A DNA stretch of 64,000 bases from assembly GCA_036002305.1 (NCBI GenBank), contig DASYTL010000013.1:18935-82934 (forward strand), read 5' to 3'. Source of the DNA: Candidatus Limnocylindria bacterium. Its GTDB lineage: Bacteria; Chloroflexota; Limnocylindria; P2-11E. Position numbers and translations under genes: made by a program. Positions 45,742-53,378 of this stretch are shown here, one piece after another; the first letter of the stretch is position 1, and every line of letters begins with the position of its first letter. Under the pieces are notes generated by a model. The model searched no databases. It had not been told where the DNA came from and saw nothing but the letters and a program-made list of their open reading frames with translations.

Positions 45742-46505
45742 GCGCGGACTCGACCTCGCTCGAAGGCCAGGTCGCCATCGTGACTGGGGCTGGGCAAGGG
45801 ATGGGGCGCGCGATCGCGGTGACGCTGGCTCAGCACGGGGCCAAAACAGCAGTCCTTGACGTGAACGCGAAGACCGCTTCCGCGGTTGCCGCGGAGATCA
45901 CAGCGGCGGGCGGACGCTCGCTCGCGGTCGTCGCGGATGTCGCACGACCCTCGGACGTGCGCCGCGCCGTGCAAGAGACGATCGATGCATTCTCGACAGT
46001 GGACATCCTGGTCAACAACGCGGGCGTTCTCCGCCCAGGGCCCTTCGAGCGAATCACCGAGGAGGAGTGGGACCTCGTGGTCGACGTGACACTCAAAGGC
46101 GCGTTCCTCTTCACCCAGGCCGTCGCACCGATCATGAAGGCGAAGCGAGCGGGCCACATCGTGAACATCGCGTCGATGGCCGGCCGTGCCACGAGCACGC
46201 TCGGCGGTCCGCACTACACGGCGGCCAAAGCCGGGATGCTCGGACTGAGTCGTCACGCTGCGCGGGAGCTCGCTCCGTTCGGGATCAACGTAAATGCGGT
46301 CTCGCCTGGCATCATCGACACGCCGATGGTCCATGCACACACGTCGGACGCGCGCCTCGATGAGGTCCGCCGCAGCATCCCATTTCAGCGCTTGGGGACC
46401 GCGGAAGAGGTAGCTCAGCTCGTGTTGTTCCTCGTCGGAAGGGGAAGCAGCTACATCACGGGCGCCGCCGTCGACATTCACGGCGGCGAGATGATCATCC
46501 AGTAG
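45738..46505 (+). CDS. Short-chain dehydrogenase/reductase (FabG-like)
   Basis: Has TGAGQGMGRA, NNAG and YTAAKAG. The GTG overlaps the upstream stop (GTGA). Confidence 0.9.
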   Translation: MSADSTSLEGQVAIVTGAGQGMGRAIAVTLAQHGAKTAVLDVNAKTASAVAAEITAAGGRSLAVVADVARPSDVRRAVQETIDAFSTVDILVNNAGVLRPGPFERITEEEWDLVVDVTLKGAFLFTQAVAPIMKAKRAGHIVNIASMAGRATSTLGGPHYTAAKAGMLGLSRHAARELAPFGINVNAVSPGIIDTPMVHAHTSDARLDEVRRSIPFQRLGTAEEVAQLVLFLVGRGSSYITGAAVDIHGGEMIIQ

Positions 46506-46508
46506 GCA

Positions 46509-48041
46509 GTGGTGCGCCCGACGTCGGGCGAGGTCCTCGCCGAGCGCGGCATCATCGACATCAACGCCGAGCTCGGTCCGCCGCTCTGGCCACAAAAGGA
46601 GTGCACCTACGAAGACCTTGCCGATTCGCGAGCTCGTCATGGCATCCGCTGCGTGCTCGTTCGCGAACGCGCAGCCGTCAGTGTCTCTCGCGCATACGGA
46701 CGCGACCGCCTCGAAAGGGCGATTGCGCACGACGCCAGCATGCTGCCGGTCGCGACCGCCACCATATCCGTGGGTGGCGATCTCGTGGGCGACCTCCGCG
46801 CTTGGGCCGCCGCGGGAGCTCGAGCGGTCTGGGTCGAGCCGACCGAGCCATGGTCGACACAATCGGAGGCGGCGAGGCAGGCACTCGCGTCCGCCGCGAC
46901 GCCCGGACTTCCGCTGCTCATCCCGCACCGCGCGTCCGGGGACGCCTCCGCGATTGGAGCCCTCACCGTCGAGCTGGGCGTTCCGGTCGTCCTCGTGGGT
47001 GTCCACTACGCCCGGTACGCGGATGCTTTCGCGGCGGCTCAGCGCTACCCGCACCTGCGTTTCGAAACCAGCTCCCTCGCCACGTATCGAGCGATCGATG
47101 TCGCGGCGGCGGCAATCGGCCACGAGCGGATCCTCTTTGGATCGGGCATGCCCGCGCGTACCCCGGCGTCCGCGCTCAACGCCGTTCTGCTGTCCGGACT
47201 TGGGCCGTCCCAGCAGGAGGCGGTCTTGGCCGGCAACGCTTCGCGTCTCTTCGGCATCTCTCGCGGGCCGGTAGACCTACGAGCGCCGCGGCTTCCGGCG
47301 CGAGCGCTCGACGTTCACACCCATTTCTTTCCGTCGCCCTGGCCGGTCCCGCAGGTCTCGGACGGCGAGCTCCCGGCACGGCTCCGTGCTTTTGGGATCC
47401 GTGCGACGATCTCGTCGTCGGTCCCTGCACTCTTGGGCGACCTCGAGAATGGAAACGCCCGCGCCGTCACTGCATCGGTCGCCGCGTCGGGTCAGCTCGC
47501 GTACCTGGTCGCCGACCCAAATGACCTCGATGCCGCTCGCGGTCATCTGCGGCGGTGGCTTTCCGCCCCAGGCGTGATGGGGGTGAAGGTCCATTGCCAT
47601 TACGCCGGATGCCAGACGGACTCCGATAGGGTCCGTGCGCTCTTTGGCGTGCTGGCGGAGCACGGTCGGCCGGTCAAGATTCACAACATGGGACCTGGGT
47701 GGGAAGCCGCGCTGCTCGCGGTCGCGCGCCGGCACCCGAAGCTACCAATCGTGATCGCCCATGCCGGACTCGGAATTCCGTCGGCCAGCGCCGCCACCGT
47801 GGTGGCGAACGCGGACCGCGTCTACGTGGAGCTCTCGAGCAGCCTGGCCGACATCCGAGAATGCCGTTCTCTCGTCTCGGCTATCCCCCCGGAGCGGCTC
47901 CTCTTCGGCAGCGATGCCCCCCTCATGGACCCCGGCTTCGTGCTTGGGACATACCAGGATCTCGGGCTCGAGCCGGACGTGCTGGACCGCGTGTTCTGGG
48001 ATAACGCCGTGGCGCTCTTCGGCGAGCCCGGAGCGAGCTAG
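46509..48041 (+). CDS. Tandem amidohydrolase-2 fusion protein (degenerate N-terminal domain plus intact C-terminal domain)
   Basis: The C-terminal half carries DVHTHFF, VIAHAG, LLFGSDAPL and NAVALFG. The N-terminal half is colinear with it but reads IIDINAE, ILFGSGMP and NASRLFG. Confidence 0.8.
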   Translation: MVRPTSGEVLAERGIIDINAELGPPLWPQKECTYEDLADSRARHGIRCVLVRERAAVSVSRAYGRDRLERAIAHDASMLPVATATISVGGDLVGDLRAWAAAGARAVWVEPTEPWSTQSEAARQALASAATPGLPLLIPHRASGDASAIGALTVELGVPVVLVGVHYARYADAFAAAQRYPHLRFETSSLATYRAIDVAAAAIGHERILFGSGMPARTPASALNAVLLSGLGPSQQEAVLAGNASRLFGISRGPVDLRAPRLPARALDVHTHFFPSPWPVPQVSDGELPARLRAFGIRATISSSVPALLGDLENGNARAVTASVAASGQLAYLVADPNDLDAARGHLRRWLSAPGVMGVKVHCHYAGCQTDSDRVRALFGVLAEHGRPVKIHNMGPGWEAALLAVARRHPKLPIVIAHAGLGIPSASAATVVANADRVYVELSSSLADIRECRSLVSAIPPERLLFGSDAPLMDPGFVLGTYQDLGLEPDVLDRVFWDNAVALFGEPGAS

Positions 48042-49696
48042 CGGCGGGCTCGCTCCCGTAGCTGGGAGATCGTCGTGCCCGGGAAGATCTCGTTCGGGTC
48101 CGTCACGAAATCGATCACCGCCGTCCGGCGAGCGTCGATCGCCCGACGGAAGGCGCCAGCCACGTCTTCCGGTCGTTCCACCCGTTCACCGTGCGCTCCC
48201 ATTGCCTTGGCGATCGCCGCGAAATCCGTCGGCCCGTAAGTCGTGCCGATCGTCCGCGTGGGGTACTGCGACTCCTGCTGCCAGCGAATCGTGCCGTACT
48301 GACTGTTGTTGAAGACGACCGCGATGATCGGAAGCTTGAGCCGCACGGCGGTCTCGACTTCCCCGACGCTCATCATGAAACCACCATCCCCTGCCGCGGC
48401 GACGACGAGGCGGTCCGGTTGTGCCAGCTGGATGCCGATGGCCATCGAGAAGCCGCTGCCCATCGAGCCTGCGGAGCTTTGATAGAAGGTGTTCGCCTCG
48501 GCTGCTTGCCAGTGCCGGCGCAACCAGAAGACGAAGTTGCCGATGTCGACGGAGACCGCGGCGTTGCTGGGGACGACTTCGGCCATCGCGCGCGTGATTA
48601 TCTCCGGATGTATCGGCGCGCGACGGTGGGGCTCGGGCGTACGGCTATCTTCGCGCCAAGCTCTCTGCCACTCTTCGGTCCACTTGCGTCGAGCGTCCAG
48701 GCGGGTTCGTTCGACCGGACGAGCGCCGGCCGCCTCGAGCAACGCACTCAGCGCGCGACGCGCGTCTGCCGCGAATGAGAGCACCGGTGGTTCTGGTGCG
48801 TAGGCCGTGCCCGGCTTGAGGTCGATGTGGATCCACGCCTTGCCGCGAGGCGGGACCGCGTGGAGGAGCGAGGCATCTTCATTTAGGCGGCTGCCGACCA
48901 CCACGAACAGGTCGGCCTCGTCAAGGCATGCCTGGCTCGCTTTGCCCTCGACCCATACCTGCGAAGGGTGCCCGTCGACGATGACGCTCTGCCGCCAGTT
49001 CAGAATCGGGGCGCCGATCACCTCGGCGAGGCGCTGGAGCTCCTGCCACGCGCCCGATCGCTGGACCCCGCCGCCTGCCATGAACACCGGGCGTTCCGCG
49101 CGGCCTAGCGCGTCGATGACCTGCGCCGCATCATCAGGCGGCAGCCCCGGGCGTGCAGGGTGGAAGCCTGGGGCGATCTCGGCCTCGACCTCCGGTCGAA
49201 GAATGTCGTCAGGCATGACGACCGCGACGACACCGGGGCGACCTTCCTGTGCGACCCGAAACGCCATCTGCGCCATCTCCGCGACTCGATCCGGTCGGCG
49301 GAGCTCGATCACTTCCTTGCAGTGGGGTCGAACCATCGAGACGAGATCGGTCTCTTGGTGAGACTCGCGGCCGATTCCTCCGGTGCCAACCTGTGAAACG
49401 AACGCGACCATCGGCACCGAGTCCTGGTCCGCGCAATGGAGGCCGATCGAAAGGTTCGCGACCCCCGGCCCGCGTTGCGCCATGCACACCCCCGGGCGCC
49501 CCGACCCGAGCGCGTAGCCCAATGCCATGTATGACGCGCCGCCCTCGTGGCGTGCGGGAATGAGACGGATGCGCGGGTGACCGTAGAGTCCGTCCATTAT
49601 CGTGAGCAGGCTCTCGCCGGGCACGAAGAACACGTTCTCGACACCTTCTCGATCGATTGCCTCGACTATCGCGCGTCCACCGGTCATGCGTGGCAT
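48038..49696 (-). CDS. Thiamine-diphosphate-dependent enzyme (acetolactate synthase large subunit-like)
   Basis: Contains GGRAIVEAIDREGVENVFFVPGES and the ThDP motif GDGGFMMSVGEVETAVRLKLPIIAVVFNN. The ATG at 49696 follows AAGGAGG. Confidence 0.9.
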   Translation of the reverse strand: MPRMTGGRAIVEAIDREGVENVFFVPGESLLTIMDGLYGHPRIRLIPARHEGGASYMALGYALGSGRPGVCMAQRGPGVANLSIGLHCADQDSVPMVAFVSQVGTGGIGRESHQETDLVSMVRPHCKEVIELRRPDRVAEMAQMAFRVAQEGRPGVVAVVMPDDILRPEVEAEIAPGFHPARPGLPPDDAAQVIDALGRAERPVFMAGGGVQRSGAWQELQRLAEVIGAPILNWRQSVIVDGHPSQVWVEGKASQACLDEADLFVVVGSRLNEDASLLHAVPPRGKAWIHIDLKPGTAYAPEPPVLSFAADARRALSALLEAAGARPVERTRLDARRKWTEEWQRAWREDSRTPEPHRRAPIHPEIITRAMAEVVPSNAAVSVDIGNFVFWLRRHWQAAEANTFYQSSAGSMGSGFSMAIGIQLAQPDRLVVAAAGDGGFMMSVGEVETAVRLKLPIIAVVFNNSQYGTIRWQQESQYPTRTIGTTYGPTDFAAIAKAMGAHGERVERPEDVAGAFRRAIDARRTAVIDFVTDPNEIFPGTTISQLRERARR

Positions 49697-49730
49697 GGGG
49701 CGCCTCCTTCTCCGATCACATTCGTAGTCG

Positions 49731-50645
49731 TTAGCGGATCGCCCGCTGCCGTGGGTCGACGGCGTCGCGAAGTCCGTCCCCCACGAAATTGATCGCGAGG
49801 ACCGTGAGTGCGATGGCTGCACCAGGAGGCAGCCAGAGCCAGGGCATCGACTCCAGGATCGGAAGCGATTGCGCCTCGTTGAGCATGTTCCCCCAACTCG
49901 GTCGGGGTGGTCTGATCCCGAGACCGAGGAACGACAGAGACGCTTCGAGAAGCACCGCATACGCCACCGCGAACGTAGCCGTGACGGTAAGAGGGCCGAC
50001 GACGAGGGGGAGCAGGTGCCTCGAGATCAGTCGACGGTCGCTCACGCCAATGCAGCGCGCGGCCAGCACGAAATCCTGCTCTCGGAGCGAGAACACCAGC
50101 CCGCGAACGATGCGGCACGCGGTTGGCCAGCCGAAGAGGCCGATACCAAGGATGATCGAGTTCTGACCGGGACCGAGGATCGCGACGATGACGATGATCA
50201 CGATCAGGAGGGGATACGAGAGGACGATCTCAGTCACCCGCGAGATCACGCTGTCGACCCAACCGCGGTAATAGCCGGCGAGGAGGCCGAGGCTCAGACC
50301 CACGCCGGTCTGCAGCAGCGCCGCCGAGAGCCCAACCGCGAGAGAGACCTGAGCGGCGTGCATGAGCCGGCTCAGCACGTCGCGTCCCGTCGAATCGGTG
50401 CCGAGGATGTGCGCCGTGCTCGGCGGCCGGCGCGTTGCGCTTAGATCGACCGCGATAGGGTCGTACGGCGCGATGAATGGAGCGCTGATCGTGACTCCGA
50501 CGATCAACAAGAGGAGGGCCGTCCCGAAAATCGCGAGGCGATGGGCGCGGAAGCGCCGGAGAGCCAGCGCGGTGGGCGATAGCGCCGGCCGCTGCACCAC
50601 GGCCGCTGGTCCATTCAGCCGACCGACGATGGTGGGACTGCTCAT
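49731..50645 (-). CDS. ABC transporter permease (DppC/OppC-like), copy 2
   Basis: Contains HILGTDSTGRDVLSRL and AARCIGVSDRRLISRHLLPLVVGP. By-eye identity to copy 1 is about three quarters. The ATG overlaps the upstream stop (ATGA). Confidence 0.9.
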   Translation of the reverse strand: MSSPTIVGRLNGPAAVVQRPALSPTALALRRFRAHRLAIFGTALLLLIVGVTISAPFIAPYDPIAVDLSATRRPPSTAHILGTDSTGRDVLSRLMHAAQVSLAVGLSAALLQTGVGLSLGLLAGYYRGWVDSVISRVTEIVLSYPLLIVIIVIVAILGPGQNSIILGIGLFGWPTACRIVRGLVFSLREQDFVLAARCIGVSDRRLISRHLLPLVVGPLTVTATFAVAYAVLLEASLSFLGLGIRPPRPSWGNMLNEAQSLPILESMPWLWLPPGAAIALTVLAINFVGDGLRDAVDPRQRAIR

Positions 50646-51610
50646 CCAAGCCTGATCCGGGGATCGACCAGCGTGTACGCGATGTCGGTCAACACGCTGC
50701 ACGCGAGCACCAGGATGGCCACGACCATCGTGATGCCCATGAGAACGGGGTAGTCCCGCTGTCCAATCGCGGCCAGGATGAGTTGTCCCATCCCGGGCCA
50801 CGAGAAGATCTGCTCGACGATTACCGATCCTCCGAAGAGCAGCGGGATCATCACGCCGACGACCGAGATGATCGGGATGAGGGCGTTCGGAAGAGCGTGG
50901 CGCACGATGACCACGCGCTCGCGCAGCCCCTTTGCGCGCGCAGTGGAAAGGTATTCCTGCGACAGGACCTCGAGCACGCTGGCTCGCGTGTAGCGAACGA
51001 TGGGACCGGTCAAACTGAGCCCGAGGATGCCCGCAGGAAGGATCAGATGCCGCAGCGCGTCGACTAAATCAGCCGGTCGTCCGATCGTCGCCATTCCACC
51101 GATGGGTGTGAGGTCGAGGCGCAGCGAAAAGACATAGATGGCGCCGAGGGCGAGGAAGAACGCCGGTGTTGAGATCACGGTGAGGCTGAGGACGGCGACC
51201 ACGTAGTCGATCAGGGAGTACTGGCGCAATGCGGCGACGACGCCGGTCGGGATTCCGATGAGCAACGCGAAGAGCAGGGCGGTCCCCATGAGGCGCACGG
51301 TCGGCTCGACACGTTCGGCGATCATCTTGGTGACCGGACGGCGGTTCACGAAGGAATACCCGAGATTGCCTTGCCCGAGCTCCCGAATCCACACCGCGTA
51401 CTGGACGGGGGTAGGTTTGTCGAGCCCGAGCTCGCTCCGCCGGGCCGCGATGTATTCCTCCGGTGCGCCGCTCATGGCGGCAGGGTCGACGAGGTAGAGG
51501 ACCGGGTCGCCCGGCGTCATGCGGACGAGCACGAACGTGAGGACGGTGATGCCGAAGAGCACAGGCACCGCGAGCGCGATGCGTCGCAATATCCAGCGCC
51601 CTCGGCTCAT
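50642..51610 (-). CDS. ABC transporter permease (DppB/OppB-like), copy 2
   Basis: Contains TARAKGLRERVVIVRHALPNAL and IVEQIFSWPGMG. Confidence 0.9.
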   Translation of the reverse strand: MSRGRWILRRIALAVPVLFGITVLTFVLVRMTPGDPVLYLVDPAAMSGAPEEYIAARRSELGLDKPTPVQYAVWIRELGQGNLGYSFVNRRPVTKMIAERVEPTVRLMGTALLFALLIGIPTGVVAALRQYSLIDYVVAVLSLTVISTPAFFLALGAIYVFSLRLDLTPIGGMATIGRPADLVDALRHLILPAGILGLSLTGPIVRYTRASVLEVLSQEYLSTARAKGLRERVVIVRHALPNALIPIISVVGVMIPLLFGGSVIVEQIFSWPGMGQLILAAIGQRDYPVLMGITMVVAILVLACSVLTDIAYTLVDPRIRLG

Positions 51611-51629
51611 CTCGTCACGTCCGATGTCC

Positions 51630-51674
51630 GGGGCGGCCGATGCGTCGGGCTTGCTCCCAACGCACGGCCGCCCC
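51630..51674 (-). other. Intercistronic stem-loop after the binding-protein gene (copy 2)
   Basis: GGGGCGGCCGATGCGT...ACGCACGGCCGCCCC forms a stem of about 15 bp with one bulge. It lies between the SBP stop (51689) and the permease start (51610). Confidence 0.6.
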
Positions 51675-51688
51675 CTGTCGAGCTCCTC

Positions 51689-53311
51689 CTACTGGAGCGT
51701 CCAGCTGGACGCGGTGAGGAGGAACTGCGTGAAGTCGCCGTACGGCTTGAAACCTTTGAGACGGTCACTGCGCGCGTAGAGGGTGTCAGCGACGTTCAAC
51801 CACAGGTTCGTGACCTCAGTGTTGGAGATCTTGGCGACCTCCTGATAGAGCCGCTTCTTTTCCGCTTCGTCACTGATGCTGCGTGCTCTCGCGAGCAGGT
51901 CGTCCACCCTTTGGTTGCAGTAGTGCGTGATATTCGTGCCCTTTGGATATGCCTGAGCGCACGCGATGGGAACCGTGACACTGTCGCCGTCGATCGTGTA
52001 GATGCCGCCGCCGTAAGCGGTGGCGTCGAACGTCCGGAGGCGGTACGCGTCCAGGAGCGGGCCGCGCTCGTATGGCTGAAGCTCCATTTTCACGCCCACG
52101 GCCGCGAGGTTCGCCTGCACGATCTCGTTGGTCTGGTCACGGTCCTTGACGCCCTTGATCCACTGCATCTTGATCACGTAGCTCGGATCCCACTTGGCGT
52201 CGGCGAGGAGCTGTTTCGCCTTCGTCGGGCTGTAGTCGTAGGCCTCGAGCCCCTGCGGTACCGTTCCTGGCGCGCGCATGTGCGTGTTGACGATCGTGCC
52301 GCGCCCGCCGTGGACCGTGTTGATGATCCCCTTCCGGTCGATCGCATAAAGCAGCGCCTGGCGCACGCGAACGTCATTGAAGGGCGCCTTGTCGTTCGCG
52401 AGTGAGATGAGGTTGATGCCTGGGTTGGGGGCCGAATCGACGGTCACCTTCGGCAACTTGTCCAGGCGGTCGGCGTCCTGCGCATTGGTGATCGCGATGT
52501 CAAGCTCTCCCTTTTCGAGGGCGGCGTTGGCGACATCTGCAGCCATCTCGCGGATAAAGATCTTGTCGATGGACACTGATCTCCAGTAGCTTGGGTTCCG
52601 GTCGAGCTCGATGTACTGATCGGTCTCCCACTTCACGAACTTGAACGGTCCGAGACCGACCGTCGGCGCAAGGAAGAATTGGTGCGTCGCGAGCGATTTG
52701 GGCGGGACCTGTCCGAGTACGTGCTCGGGGAGTATCCCAATGAAGGGCCAGCTCAGGGCGCTGATAAGCGCGCTGTTCGGCCGCTCCAGCTCGATCACGA
52801 ACGTGTTCGTGTCCGGAGTCCGGAAGCCCGTGACCTCCGTCGTCTTGCCGGCGACGAAGTCGGCGCGGCCCTTCACGTCTGTGAGCTTCGCGGCGTGCGC
52901 GCTCACGTCCGGCGTCATCAGAAGCTTGAACGTGAACGCGACGTCCTTCGAGGTGAAGGGCTGGCCGTCGCTCCACTTGACGTTCGGCCGCAGACGGAAG
53001 GTGTATGTGGTGGCGTCGGGGGACACCGTATAGCCCGATGCGAGCCGCGACTCGTACGTGTCATCCGGCGCCAGTGCGACGAGCGCGTCATATACAAGGG
53101 TCATCACCATCTGATCGGAGCTCAGAGGCTGACCGAGCGGATTGAAGCTCTTGGGCTTCAGAGGAAAGTGAACCGTGAGCGTTCCGCCGCTCGCTTGCTG
53201 AGCGCTCGGAACGGGAGTCGCGGATGGACTCACGGTGGACTGAGTACACGCGCTGACCAAGAAAATCGCCGAGATAAGCAGTGCGAGCGGACGTACGCGC
53301 TGATGTTTCAT
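51689..53311 (-). CDS. ABC peptide/opine/nickel-type binding lipoprotein (family-5 SBP), copy 2
   Basis: Lipobox IFLVSAC. Contains KWSDGQPFTSKDVAFTF, NPSYW and RVRQALLYAIDR. It is clearly paralogous to 40198-41811. Confidence 0.9.
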   Translation of the reverse strand: MKHQRVRPLALLISAIFLVSACTQSTVSPSATPVPSAQQASGGTLTVHFPLKPKSFNPLGQPLSSDQMVMTLVYDALVALAPDDTYESRLASGYTVSPDATTYTFRLRPNVKWSDGQPFTSKDVAFTFKLLMTPDVSAHAAKLTDVKGRADFVAGKTTEVTGFRTPDTNTFVIELERPNSALISALSWPFIGILPEHVLGQVPPKSLATHQFFLAPTVGLGPFKFVKWETDQYIELDRNPSYWRSVSIDKIFIREMAADVANAALEKGELDIAITNAQDADRLDKLPKVTVDSAPNPGINLISLANDKAPFNDVRVRQALLYAIDRKGIINTVHGGRGTIVNTHMRAPGTVPQGLEAYDYSPTKAKQLLADAKWDPSYVIKMQWIKGVKDRDQTNEIVQANLAAVGVKMELQPYERGPLLDAYRLRTFDATAYGGGIYTIDGDSVTVPIACAQAYPKGTNITHYCNQRVDDLLARARSISDEAEKKRLYQEVAKISNTEVTNLWLNVADTLYARSDRLKGFKPYGDFTQFLLTASSWTLQ

Positions 53312-53378
53312 TCGCAGAACTCCTCCCTCCTGACCGGCCGGTCTCTCCGGCGGCCCCCCGCGATCGTTCGAACCAAGC

